NCBI GenBank assembly: GCA_020148055.1
Contig: JAHCRF010000001.1
Location: forward strand, 5,378-69,377
Direction of reading: 5' to 3'
Length of the DNA stretch: 64,000 nt
From: Patescibacteria group bacterium
Lineage (GTDB): Bacteria > Patescibacteriota > Minisyncoccia > Minisyncoccales > JAHCRE01
The position numbers and the translations under genes are program-made. The notes beneath the pieces were generated by a model. The model saw nothing but the letters and a program-made list of their open reading frames with translations, made no database searches and was not told the origin of the DNA. This document shows positions 17,389-26,740 of the stretch, in pieces. Position 1 is the stretch's first letter. Each line of letters opens with the position of its first letter.

Positions 17389-19524
17389 TTAACGAGATGG
17401 GACTTTTCTTATTGCTTTTAATGATAAATTTATTCTTCCTTGTTCGTCAATGGAAATTACTTTAACCGGGACAACATCGCCAACTTTTATTACTTCTTCA
17501 ACTCTTTTTATTCTCCCCGGAGCTAATTGAGAAATATGAAGGAGCCCTTCTTGGCCAGGTAGAACTTCGACAAAAGCTCCAAAATCTAAGATTTTCTTTA
17601 CTTTGCCTTGAAAAACTTCTCCTACCTTAATTTCTCTGGTAATATTTTTTATCCAACTGATTGCTTTTTTGGCTGCTTCTTCCTTTTCTGAAGTAATATA
17701 GATAAGACCTGAGGGTTGAATATCTATTGAGACCTCACATTTTTCAATAATTTCATTAATCACTCTTCCTCCTGGACCGACCACTTCTCTAATTTTTCCC
17801 GGATTAATTTGTAAAGTTAGAACTCTAGGAGCATAAGACGACAGTTCAGTCCTTGGTTTCGGTAGAACTTTTCCCATCTTTTCCAAAATTTGAAGTCGAG
17901 ATTTTTTACCTTTTTCTAATACCTTTTTAAAAATTTCCTTGGTGATTCCCTCAACCTTTACATCCATTTGGATAGCGGTTACACCCTTTTTTGTTCCAGC
18001 TATTTTGAAATCCATACCTCCATGATGATCTTCTGGTCCTTGGATGTCAGTTAAGATTTTGTAATCCGCCTCATCGGTGGATGCGCCGGAGAGGCGCATT
18101 CCTTCTTTCGTCATTAAACCGATAGCAATCCCAGCAGCCGGCCTTTTTATTTGTATTCCAGCATCCATTAGAGCTAAAGAGGAGCTGGAAACCGAAGCCA
18201 TTGAGGTCGAACCATTAGAAGAAAGAATTTCAGAGACTATCCTTATTGTATAAGGAAACTCTTCAAAACTGGGAATTAGAGGTAATAGGGCTCGCTCCAC
18301 TAACATTCCATGACCAATATCCCTTCTGGCCGGTCCCCGTAAAGGCCTTATCTCTCCAACTGAATAAGGGGGAAAATTATAATGATGCATAAATCTTTTT
18401 TTACCAACAATTTCCATCCCTTCTAATAATTGAACGTCTCTTGGAGCTCCTAAAGTTAAAATCGACAAAGCCTTAGTCTGGCCTCGGCAAAAAAGACCAG
18501 AACCATGGGTTCGAGGTATTAATCCTACCTCACAATAGATTTTTCTTATTTCATCTAGCGCCCGACCATCAGACCTCTTTTCATATTTGAGAATATTTTT
18601 ATGAACTAATCGATTGATTTCTTTTTCAAAGAAATCTCGAGCATATCTTGTTTTTTCCTGACCAGGATATTTACCTTCAATAAAGTAAGTTAATTCTTCT
18701 TTTAGTTTGTTAACTTCTTCCATCCTTCCAACTTTTGTTTTTTGATAAAGAGCCTTTTCTAGTTTATTTCCTAAAAAATTCTTGATTTCCTTTTCTAATT
18801 CGAGATCTCTTGGGGGAGTTTCAATTAAAATTTTTTCTTTACCAATTTTTTCTGAAATTTCTCCTTGAAAATCAACCAGTTTTTTTAGATATTTCTCGGA
18901 AAATTCTAAAGCTTCCAAAATTGAACTTTCATTGATCTCCTCAAAATCTCCCTCGATCATATTAATTAAGATCTCTCCATTTCTCTCGCCACCGGCTAAA
19001 ATGAGATCTATGTCGCTTTTTTCTCTTTCTTCGTAAGTCGGATTTAAAACAAATTGGCCGTTTATTTTACCAATTCGAACTGCTGCTATTGGTCCTTGCC
19101 AGGGAATATCAGAAATTGAGAGAGCCAAGGAGGCAGAGATTAGACTTAAAATATCAGGGTCATTTTTTTCATCCCAGGAAAGGATAGTAGCAATTACCTG
19201 GACTCCCCGCCTTAAATTTTCTGAAAATCTTGGTCGAATAGCCCGATCAATCAATCTTGAATTACAGATCGCCTCGCCTGAAGGTCGGGTTTCTCTCCTG
19301 ATATAACGAGATCCCCGAATCTTCCCAGCAGCATAATATCTTTCCTCATAATTAACGGTTAAAGGGAAAAAATCAACTTCCTCTCTATCATATTTTGACA
19401 TCACGCAGGTAGTCAAAACCAAGGTATCGCCCAGTCTTATAAGAACATCAGAATTTGCCTGTTCGGCTAAATTCCTAGTTTCTACTTTCAGTTCCTTTCC
19501 TGCTAGGTCTAATTTAAAATTCAT
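17389..19524 (-). CDS. pnp: polynucleotide phosphorylase
   Basis: Two RNase PH domains, KH and S1 at the C-terminus. 711 aa. Lies immediately downstream of rpsO (classic rpsO-pnp). Confidence 0.95.
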   Translation of the reverse strand: MNFKLDLAGKELKVETRNLAEQANSDVLIRLGDTLVLTTCVMSKYDREEVDFFPLTVNYEERYYAAGKIRGSRYIRRETRPSGEAICNSRLIDRAIRPRFSENLRRGVQVIATILSWDEKNDPDILSLISASLALSISDIPWQGPIAAVRIGKINGQFVLNPTYEEREKSDIDLILAGGERNGEILINMIEGDFEEINESSILEALEFSEKYLKKLVDFQGEISEKIGKEKILIETPPRDLELEKEIKNFLGNKLEKALYQKTKVGRMEEVNKLKEELTYFIEGKYPGQEKTRYARDFFEKEINRLVHKNILKYEKRSDGRALDEIRKIYCEVGLIPRTHGSGLFCRGQTKALSILTLGAPRDVQLLEGMEIVGKKRFMHHYNFPPYSVGEIRPLRGPARRDIGHGMLVERALLPLIPSFEEFPYTIRIVSEILSSNGSTSMASVSSSSLALMDAGIQIKRPAAGIAIGLMTKEGMRLSGASTDEADYKILTDIQGPEDHHGGMDFKIAGTKKGVTAIQMDVKVEGITKEIFKKVLEKGKKSRLQILEKMGKVLPKPRTELSSYAPRVLTLQINPGKIREVVGPGGRVINEIIEKCEVSIDIQPSGLIYITSEKEEAAKKAISWIKNITREIKVGEVFQGKVKKILDFGAFVEVLPGQEGLLHISQLAPGRIKRVEEVIKVGDVVPVKVISIDEQGRINLSLKAIRKVPSR

Positions 19525-19534
19525 ATTCTTCGTT

Positions 19535-20047
19535 TCATTTTTTTAAAAGATATTTTTCAGGATTTTTTTCTAAATCAATGAACTCATCAGCTGTTTCTTT
19601 TAAAAGCAAAGCTGCTGATTTTCCAAAGGCAATAACCTCTATTCTTTTTCCTCGGTTCTTTAAATATTCAGCCAAAGCGACAAAATCACCATCTCCAGAA
19701 ACCAAAACTAAAGTATCAAGACTAGGAGCTATTCTAATAGCATCAATAACTATTCCTACATCCCAATCAGCTTTTTTCAAACCACCATAAAACTCCTGAA
19801 GATCTCTGACTCTAGTTTCAATTCCCAATTTAGTTAAGGCCTCGAAGAAAGGTTTTTCTTCTCCTGTTTTTGTTCTGACAACATAGGCAAAGGCTCTAAT
19901 TAAATTTCTTCCACTTACAGCTAACTTTAAAATTTCTCGAAAATTAACTCTAGCTTGGTAAAGATTTTTTGCCGAGTGGTAGAGATTCTGGACATCAATT
20001 AAGACAGCTACTCTTTGACCACTATGCTTAATAACCATAATCATCAA
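19535..20047 (-). CDS. NYN/LabA-like domain protein
   Basis: VAVLIDVQNLYHSAKN ... LVSGDGDFVALAEYL pattern of NYN (LabA/DUF88) nuclease-fold proteins. Confidence 0.65.
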   Translation of the reverse strand: MMIMVIKHSGQRVAVLIDVQNLYHSAKNLYQARVNFREILKLAVSGRNLIRAFAYVVRTKTGEEKPFFEALTKLGIETRVRDLQEFYGGLKKADWDVGIVIDAIRIAPSLDTLVLVSGDGDFVALAEYLKNRGKRIEVIAFGKSAALLLKETADEFIDLEKNPEKYLLKK

Positions 20048-20113
20048 CGAATACCTAATCTGTTACAAATATACGAATATTCGCAAATTCGAAAAGGATT
20101 CGTTATTTGTTGA

Positions 20114-20380
20114 TTATTTCTTAAGACCTATTTTTTTCACAATGCTATTGTATCTTTTTTTATCATTTTCTTTTAAATAATTTAGCAATTTTTTTCTTTT
20201 AGCCACCATTTTTAAAAGGCCCCTTTTTGAATGGAAATCCTTTGAATGTTTTTTTAAATGTAAAAGCAATCTTTTTATTTCTTCAGTTAATAAAGCAATC
20301 TGGACTTCTGGCGAGCCAGAATCTGCCTTATGAATCTTATATCTTTCAATTAATTTCAATTTTTCTTCAAGAGTGAGCAT
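20114..20380 (-). CDS. rpsO: 30S ribosomal protein S15
   Basis: 88 aa with the S15 pattern ([29 protein letters not shown]). Confidence 0.9.
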   Translation of the reverse strand: MLTLEEKLKLIERYKIHKADSGSPEVQIALLTEEIKRLLLHLKKHSKDFHSKRGLLKMVAKRKKLLNYLKENDKKRYNSIVKKIGLKK

Positions 20381-20487
20381 CGAATCTACTTTTATTTTAT
20401 ACCAAAAATAAAAAAAAAGCCAAAAGCCTTTTCACTAATAACTAAGAACTATCAACTAATAACTAAAATTGCAAAGCAATTTTCCAG

Positions 20488-20560
20488 TGCCTCCAGCAGG
20501 AGTCGAACCTGCAACTCACGGCTTAAGAGGCCGTTACTCTTCCAATTGAGTTATGGAGGC
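20488..20560 (-). tRNA. tRNA-Lys (anticodon CUU)
   Basis: Cloverleaf folded by hand: acceptor GCCTCCA/TGGAGGC, anticodon stem ACGGC/GCCGT, loop CUCUUAA, T-loop GGTTCGACTCC. Confidence 0.85.
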
Positions 20561-20569
20561 AAATTATGG

Positions 20570-21718
20570 TTATGGTACTGGACAGTTAATAGTATGCCAA
20601 CTCTGAAAGGGACTACCAGCTGGGGTTAGAAAAACGACAATTGTATTCACAATCAACCAAGCAGCCAGGACAATGACTAGACCAATTACAGTTGCTTTTA
20701 AAAGCTTTTTTCCTCCTCTGATTTTTTCTGGGTCTCCTGTGGCAGTCAAAAGCATTATTCCACTAATTACGAACATTAGAACTGCCAAGGGGAAAATGAT
20801 ATTTACAGTCACATAATCAACAACCCTTTTAAATAAGACAAGAATATGGCAGAGAGTACAAGGAGCGCTCTCATCAAGAGCTGTACCTGGATCATCTACT
20901 AACCTTCCACAAGGGACAAGTCCTCCATAAAGGCATTCCCAAATAATAAGAGCATCAGTATCATTACAATCCCAACATCCTATTATCCCAGGAGGTAAAT
21001 CAGTTGGATCACAGGGACAATCCATAGTCATAAAGCCATCTCCATCTCCATCCCAGGCGGCCATCATTACTGCAGCATAAATATCGTCAGCCATATCGGC
21101 GGGAGTTCCGCCCCAAATAAATTTTTTATCATTAGCCGTAGTACTAACAACTAAATCGTTCATACTATTGCTACAACAACCGCTAGCTCCATCTCCTTCG
21201 AGTGGAAAAACATATACACCATTGGCATCGGCTGCATTAGCTGCGTTAACTATTGAATCATTGTCATCATTACTCGGTGTATCGATAACTCCATCATCGG
21301 TGCACCCATTCCCACAATAGGGCCCCTCATCACTTATTGGCATAATTATTTTGATTGGTGCCGTCCAGGGATAATTCTGAGCTCTATCTTCAACAGCTGG
21401 TCCCCATTGTTCTCTGTCACCATGAGGAGCGCCACACCCAGCATAAGGAAGAACACCTGTTGCACATACTTTAAGCATATCAATGCCATATATTGTATAC
21501 TTTAGAATAACGTCTTTTTTCTCTAAACTATCAACTACATCATCAATAACATTACAAAGAGTAATCCATTCATTATTCATTGAACCGGAAGTATCTACTA
21601 CAAAAACAATTTCAGCATCAATGACACACAATTCTGCATCAGCTGAAAAAATAGGAATAATTCCTATTAAAATAGATATAATTAAGAAATATAAAACAAA
21701 TATTTTTTTATTTCTCAT
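20570..21718 (-). CDS. secreted vWA-like adhesin domain fused to Cys/Asp-rich region and a C-terminal VirB2/TrbC-like pilin hairpin
   Basis: Signal peptide; vWA MIDAS-like IVFVVDTSGSM; D/G/C-rich middle. The C-terminus CTLCHILVLFKRVVDYV ... TATGDPEKIRGGKK ... is homologous to the small pilin-like proteins at 62175-63621 (shared RV.D.V motif and G-D/S-P-E/D-K loop between two TM helices). Confidence 0.5.
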   Translation of the reverse strand: MRNKKIFVLYFLIISILIGIIPIFSADAELCVIDAEIVFVVDTSGSMNNEWITLCNVIDDVVDSLEKKDVILKYTIYGIDMLKVCATGVLPYAGCGAPHGDREQWGPAVEDRAQNYPWTAPIKIIMPISDEGPYCGNGCTDDGVIDTPSNDDNDSIVNAANAADANGVYVFPLEGDGASGCCSNSMNDLVVSTTANDKKFIWGGTPADMADDIYAAVMMAAWDGDGDGFMTMDCPCDPTDLPPGIIGCWDCNDTDALIIWECLYGGLVPCGRLVDDPGTALDESAPCTLCHILVLFKRVVDYVTVNIIFPLAVLMFVISGIMLLTATGDPEKIRGGKKLLKATVIGLVIVLAAWLIVNTIVVFLTPAGSPFQSWHTINCPVP

Positions 21719-21846
21719 ATTAGATTATTATAATACTTTTTTATTTAAATATAAATTTTAAATTCTTAACTTTTTAAATTGATAAGGCAGTTTTACCCCA
21801 CCCTGTTTTTTAATTATAGCCAAATTTTAAATTTTACAAAACATTT

Positions 21847-21918
21847 GTGCCCTCGCCAGGACTCGAACCCGGATCTTCTGTTCCGAAGACAGAGATGTTA
21901 TCCATTACACCACGAGGG
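21847..21918 (-). tRNA. tRNA-Arg (anticodon UCG)
   Basis: Acceptor GCCCTCG/CGAGGGC, anticodon stem TCTGT/ACAGA, loop CUUCGGA, T-loop GGTTCGAGTCC. Confidence 0.8.
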
Positions 21919-21976
21919 CATATTTAATTGTATCAGAATAATTGAAAAATTCAATATTTTGAGTTAAAATAAAGTC

Positions 21977-23443
21977 ATGGAAATTCCCAGAGAAGTAAAA
22001 TTTGTTATTAATGAATTAAAAAAAGCAGGCTTTGAAGCTTATATTGTTGGGGGCTGTGTTAGAGATTTTTTAAGACATGTGGAACCTCAAGATTGGGATG
22101 TAGCGACCAACGCCAAACCTGAAGAAATTGGGGAAATTTTTTTAAGGAGTTTTATCAATAACAAATTTGGGACAGTGACCATTTTAACAGATTCAGAAAA
22201 TCCAAGATTGAAGGAAATTGAGATCACCCCCTACAGAATAGATGAGAAATATACAGATAAACGCCATCCGGATAAAATTTCCTGGGCGAAGACTATTGAA
22301 GAAGATTTGGCTAGGAGAGATTTTACTATCAATGCCATGGCCTTAATGGAAATTAAAAATCAAAAGGCAAAAGTCAAAATTATTGATCTTTTTGGCGGCC
22401 AAAAAGATTTAGAGGAAAAAATCATTCGGGCAGTTGGAGATCCAGAAAAAAGATTTTCAGAGGATGCGCTGCGTATGATGAGGGCGGTAAGATTTGCTAC
22501 TATCTTAGATTTTAAGATTGAAGAAAAAACTACTCAGGCAATTAAAAAAAATTCTTTTTGGCTCCAGGCGATTTCAAAAGAGAGAATAAGAGATGAATTT
22601 TTAAAAATTATTATGACAGATAGAGCAGCTGATGGAGTTGAACTTTTGAGATCACTTCCTCTCTTAAAATACATTGTTCCTGAATTAGGAGAGGGTTATG
22701 GAGTTTCCCAAAATAAACACCACATTTATGATTGCTATGAACATTCTATTTTGTCTTTAAAGTATGCTGCAAAAAGAAATTTTAACAAATATGTTAGATT
22801 GGCTGCTTTATTTCATGATATTGCTAAACCTCGGGTTAAAAGAGGGGAAGGACCTGATGCCACTTTTTATGGCCACGAAATTTTAGGAGCAAAAATGACT
22901 AGCCGGATTTTAAATCGGCTAAAATTTCCAAAGAAAGAGATTGAGAAGATTGCCAAACTTGTTAGATATCACCTTTTTTATTATAATCCTGGAGAAGTTT
23001 CTGAGGCCTCGGTGAGAAGATTAGTCCGTCAAGTTGGACCAGAAAATATGGAAGAGTTATTACAAGTTAGAATGGCAGATCGAATTGGCTCAGGTTGCCC
23101 AAAGGCCGAGCCTTATAAATTAAGACATTTGAGATATCTTATCGAAAAAGTCTCCCAAGATCCGATTTCAGTGAAAATGCTCAAAGTTAATGGAAAGGCG
23201 GTAATGAAAATTTTAGATATTCAACCTGGGCCAAAGATAGGCAATGTTTTAGATATTTTACTGAGCTATGTCTTGGAAGATCCTGAGAAGAATGAAAAAG
23301 GATTTTTAGAAAAAGAAGTTGAAAAATTAGCTAGATTATCTGATGAAGAATTAAAAAATTTAGCTCAAAAAGCTAAAAAAGAAAGAGAAAAAATAGAGAT
23401 CAAAAGAGATGAAATGACAAAGAAAAAATATTGGGTAACATAG
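21977..23443 (+). CDS. cca: CCA-adding enzyme / poly(A) polymerase-family nucleotidyltransferase with HD domain
   Basis: N-terminal GGCVRD nucleotidyltransferase motif; a later HD motif (FHDIAKP); long C-terminal extension. 488 aa. Confidence 0.8.
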   Translation: MEIPREVKFVINELKKAGFEAYIVGGCVRDFLRHVEPQDWDVATNAKPEEIGEIFLRSFINNKFGTVTILTDSENPRLKEIEITPYRIDEKYTDKRHPDKISWAKTIEEDLARRDFTINAMALMEIKNQKAKVKIIDLFGGQKDLEEKIIRAVGDPEKRFSEDALRMMRAVRFATILDFKIEEKTTQAIKKNSFWLQAISKERIRDEFLKIIMTDRAADGVELLRSLPLLKYIVPELGEGYGVSQNKHHIYDCYEHSILSLKYAAKRNFNKYVRLAALFHDIAKPRVKRGEGPDATFYGHEILGAKMTSRILNRLKFPKKEIEKIAKLVRYHLFYYNPGEVSEASVRRLVRQVGPENMEELLQVRMADRIGSGCPKAEPYKLRHLRYLIEKVSQDPISVKMLKVNGKAVMKILDIQPGPKIGNVLDILLSYVLEDPEKNEKGFLEKEVEKLARLSDEELKNLAQKAKKEREKIEIKRDEMTKKKYWVT

Positions 23444-23591
23444 CTCGGGAACACAATTTTTAGGACACGCTCTGCTCCCCAGCGAGGAGCAAGCTCATTT
23501 CCTCGCGAGTTGCTCGCCTTCGGCGAGACCATGCCAACTCGCTGCGGATGGTCCATAAAAATTGATTCCCTCGCTTAAAGATGCTGCGCTG

Positions 23592-23664
23592 CGGGGCATG
23601 GTGTAATGGTTAACATGCAGGCTTCGGGTGCCTGAGATTCCCGGTTCGAGCCCGGGTGCCCCGA
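23592..23664 (+). tRNA. tRNA-Pro (anticodon CGG)
   Basis: Acceptor CGGGGCA/TGCCCCG, anticodon stem CAGGC/GCCTG, loop UUCGGGU, T-arm CCCGG-TTCGAGC-CCGGG. Confidence 0.85.
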
Positions 23665-23671
23665 CTAGATT

Positions 23672-24316
23672 ATGAAGATTAAATTAATTTTATTTGATTT
23701 TTTTGGGACTTTGGCTTTTCTTTCCAAACGACCAGATCCTTTAAAATTTCTTGGAATTTTAGAGAAATTTGGTTGTGATTTTAATAACTTGAACTGGAAA
23801 AAGGGAGAAGAATCCCTTTCCTCTTTAAATGATTTCTTTTGTAAGGCAAGAAATTGGGAGGATAGTGTTAGATTAATTTTCAAGAGGTTTGGGAAGAGAC
23901 CATCAAGGAAGGCCATTCAGGAAATTACTAGTTTTTTAAAAAAGAATTTAGTTTTCAAGTTTTATAAAGACTTTGCTTTTATAAAAGAACTTCCTTTCAG
24001 AAAGGCACTCTTAACTAGCGCTCCAAAATTTATTTTTTCTAATATCACCTTGGGTGGGTTTGAAAAAATTTTGACTCCTTTGGAAGTTAGGGCCATAAAG
24101 CCAGATCTAAAAGCCTTTTTATCTGCTTTAAAGATATTTAAAATTAAACCTGAAGAAATCTTAATGGTCGGTGATGATTTAGAAGGAGACATAATACCTG
24201 CTGGGAAAATTGGAATGGAGGCGGTATTAATTGATCGAAATAACTCCATTAAGATTAAAAATTCCTCTGTTAAGAAAATTAATTCCTTAAAAGAATTAAA
24301 AAATATTTTAATTTAA
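23672..24316 (+). CDS. HAD-superfamily hydrolase
   Basis: Motif I ILFDFFGTL (DxDGT variant) and a C-terminal VGDDLEGDI motif. 214 aa. Confidence 0.65.
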   Translation: MKIKLILFDFFGTLAFLSKRPDPLKFLGILEKFGCDFNNLNWKKGEESLSSLNDFFCKARNWEDSVRLIFKRFGKRPSRKAIQEITSFLKKNLVFKFYKDFAFIKELPFRKALLTSAPKFIFSNITLGGFEKILTPLEVRAIKPDLKAFLSALKIFKIKPEEILMVGDDLEGDIIPAGKIGMEAVLIDRNNSIKIKNSSVKKINSLKELKNILI

Positions 24317-24370
24317 TTTTGAGTTTTGGTATTTAAGTTTTGAGTTTGAGCCCAGCTGGGCTGGGCGAAC

Positions 24371-24441
24371 GGGCCTATAGCTCAACGGTAGAGCACTGCT
24401 TTCGCATAGCAAAGATATGGGTTCAATTCCCATTAGGTCCA
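24371..24441 (+). tRNA. tRNA-Ala (anticodon CGC)
   Basis: G3:U70 pair in acceptor stem GGGCCTA/TAGGTCC; anticodon loop UUCGCAU; T-loop GGTTCAATTCC. One C:A mismatch at the top of the anticodon stem. Confidence 0.75.
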
Positions 24442-24443
24442 CT

Positions 24444-24827
24444 ATGATTCCTAAACAACTGGGGATTTTAGGTGAAAAAATTGCTTGTCAGTATTTAAAA
24501 AGTAAAGGTTATCAAATTTTAGACAGGAATTACTTAAATAAATTTCTTTCCGGACCCCAAAGAGGAGAAATTGATGTTATTGCCAAGAAAAATAGAACGA
24601 TTAGTTTTATCGAAGTCAAAACTCTTCAAGACCAGACCTCTTTGAAGGGATTTTCGCCGGAAATGAAGGTTAATTTCCAAAAACAAAAGAAAATAATAAA
24701 AACAGCTGAAAACTGGTTGAGAAAAAAGAAAATTCCCTTGAATATTAGATGGCAGATTGATATAATTTCGATTAAGGTCAATCTAAATTCAAAAAAGGCA
24801 AAAATTAATCATTTTAAAAATGTTTGA
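24444..24827 (+). CDS. yraN: YraN/UPF0102-family endonuclease-like protein
   Basis: GEKIACQYLKSKGYQILDRNY ... GEIDVIAKKNRTISFIEVKT pattern. The upstream part of the supplied ORF overlaps tRNA-Ala, so the start is placed at ATG 24444. Confidence 0.65.
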   Translation: MIPKQLGILGEKIACQYLKSKGYQILDRNYLNKFLSGPQRGEIDVIAKKNRTISFIEVKTLQDQTSLKGFSPEMKVNFQKQKKIIKTAENWLRKKKIPLNIRWQIDIISIKVNLNSKKAKINHFKNV

Positions 24828-25479
24828 ATTTCTTTGGATAATTTTTAGTTATTTATTAGGGTCAATTCCTTCTGGATTTTTAATCACTCGTTGGTCAACT
24901 AAGAAAAATGTTCTGGAAATAGGTTGGAGGAAAACTTCGGGCTCCAATGTTTTCAAATATGTTGGCAAATGGCAAGGAGCCTTAACCGGAATTTTCGATC
25001 TTTTAAAAGGATATTTAGCTGTCTTCCTTGCTAGAAAATTAGGACTGTCGATTGAGACTCAGATTTTTTCAGGAATAGCTGCCATTTGCGGCCACAACTG
25101 GAGTCTTTTTATTAAATTTGCTGGAGGAAGAGGAGTTGGAACTTTAATTGGAGCCTTTTTAGTAATATCTCCAAAAATTTTAAGTTTTTCTTTAATTCCC
25201 TTTATTCTTTTAGCTTTAATCTGGAATGCTTCGATTGGTACCATTTTATTTTTTCCAACAGCCATTTTCCTCTCAATTTATTTTAATCAATTCGAGATAG
25301 CCGGAATTTTTTCAATTCTAGCTCTCTTTCCGATTTTAATTAAAAGATTAAGCCCAATAAAAGAAATTTTCCAATCGAAAGAAAAAGAAATTTTAATTAG
25401 AAATCGTTTAATTTTTGATAATGACCGAACCCTCTTAGATTTAAGAATAAAAAAAATCTTAAGAAAATTTACTAAATAA
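24820..25479 (+). CDS. plsY: PlsY-like glycerol-3-phosphate acyltransferase
   Basis: Multi-TM; N-terminal LLGSIPSGFLI and SGSNVFKYVG resemble PlsY GSIPFG / SGNIGATN motifs. Confidence 0.55.
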   Translation: MFEFLWIIFSYLLGSIPSGFLITRWSTKKNVLEIGWRKTSGSNVFKYVGKWQGALTGIFDLLKGYLAVFLARKLGLSIETQIFSGIAAICGHNWSLFIKFAGGRGVGTLIGAFLVISPKILSFSLIPFILLALIWNASIGTILFFPTAIFLSIYFNQFEIAGIFSILALFPILIKRLSPIKEIFQSKEKEILIRNRLIFDNDRTLLDLRIKKILRKFTK

Positions 25480-25570
25480 TATTAAAAACTTGACACTCGG
25501 TGTTATTTTGTTAAATTAAAATAATGATTTCAGAAAATTTGTCCGTTAAGAACGGACATTTTTAAAAACT

Positions 25571-26716
25571 ATGGATATAAAATCTTTCGCCTCAGCGATC
25601 GCCCAGATTGCTGAAGAAAAAGGGATTTCTTCTGAAAAGGTGATTGAGAGTATTGAATCAGCAATAGCTGCAGCTTTCAAAAAGGATTATGGCAAGAAGG
25701 GGCAAAAAATTTTGGCCAAGTTGAATCCGAAAACTGGTGAAGTTAAATTTTGGCAGGTAAAGTCAGTGGTTGATCAGTCAATGATTTTTTCAGAACAAGA
25801 GCTTAAAAAAATAAAGGAGGAAAAGATTAAAATTAAAGAAGATGAAAAAAAAGTTCGTTTTAATCCAGAAAGACATATTATGATTGAAGAGGCTAAAAAG
25901 ATAAGGCCCAAGATTAAAGCCGGGGAGGAATTGATAATTGATCTTCAACCTAAAAAAGATTATGGCCGAATCGCTGCTCAGACAGCGAAGCAGGTGATTT
26001 TGCAAAAAATTAGGGAGGCTGAAAGAGAAGCCATTTATGAAGAATACAAATCAAAGGAAGGAGAAATAACTTCAGGTATAGTCCAGAGAGTTGAGGCTAG
26101 AAATGTTTTCTTAGATATTGGTAAGACCCTTGGGGTTTTGCCAAAAAATGAACAGGTTATAGGAGAGTTCTACCGTCCATCGCAGAGATTGAAGGTCTAT
26201 ATTTTAAAGGTTGAAAAGACTCCCAAAGGACCATTAATCTTTTTATCTCGAGCCTATCCCAAAATTGTTTCTAAACTTTTTGAATTAGAGGTTCCAGAAG
26301 TTTCAGCGGGCCAGGTTGTGATAAAATCTTTAGCTAGGGAACCGGGTTCTCGGACAAAAATTGCTGTTGCCTCAACAGCAGAGGGAGTAGATCCGATTGG
26401 CTCAATGGTTGGTCAAAGAGGAACAAGGGTGATGGCAGTAATTAATGAATTAGGAGGAGAGAAAATTGATATTATTGAATATTCTGAGGATCCAGAACAA
26501 TATATTGCTAATGCAATGTCACCAGCTAAGGTCTCGGAAATAAAAATTATGCCAAAAAACAAGGCCTTGGTGATTGTTTCTGAAGATCAGCTATCCTTGG
26601 CTATTGGTCGGGATGGTCAAAATGTTAGATTAGCGGCGAAATTGACTGGCTGGAAGATTGATGTCAGGGCTTCGGAGGAATCTATCGAGGAGGAAAAAAC
26701 CAAGAAAAAATCGTGA
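25571..26716 (+). CDS. nusA: transcription termination/antitermination factor NusA
   Basis: NusA N-terminal domain, S1 and two KH domains. 381 aa. Confidence 0.9.
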   Translation: MDIKSFASAIAQIAEEKGISSEKVIESIESAIAAAFKKDYGKKGQKILAKLNPKTGEVKFWQVKSVVDQSMIFSEQELKKIKEEKIKIKEDEKKVRFNPERHIMIEEAKKIRPKIKAGEELIIDLQPKKDYGRIAAQTAKQVILQKIREAEREAIYEEYKSKEGEITSGIVQRVEARNVFLDIGKTLGVLPKNEQVIGEFYRPSQRLKVYILKVEKTPKGPLIFLSRAYPKIVSKLFELEVPEVSAGQVVIKSLAREPGSRTKIAVASTAEGVDPIGSMVGQRGTRVMAVINELGGEKIDIIEYSEDPEQYIANAMSPAKVSEIKIMPKNKALVIVSEDQLSLAIGRDGQNVRLAAKLTGWKIDVRASEESIEEEKTKKKS

Positions 26717-26740
26717 TCAATTAATTTTTAATTATTCAAG

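Noticed and set aside
21779-21967. 62-aa ORF on the plus strand
   Set aside because: It lies entirely across the minus-strand tRNA-Arg(UCG) gene, and its Arg/Pro-rich translation is the typical artefact of reading through a tRNA.
23445-23591. An additional tRNA upstream of tRNA-Pro(CGG)
   Set aside because: No cloverleaf can be folded. Only a hairpin and a partial echo of the tRNA 5' end are present. It is reported as a finding, not as a gene.
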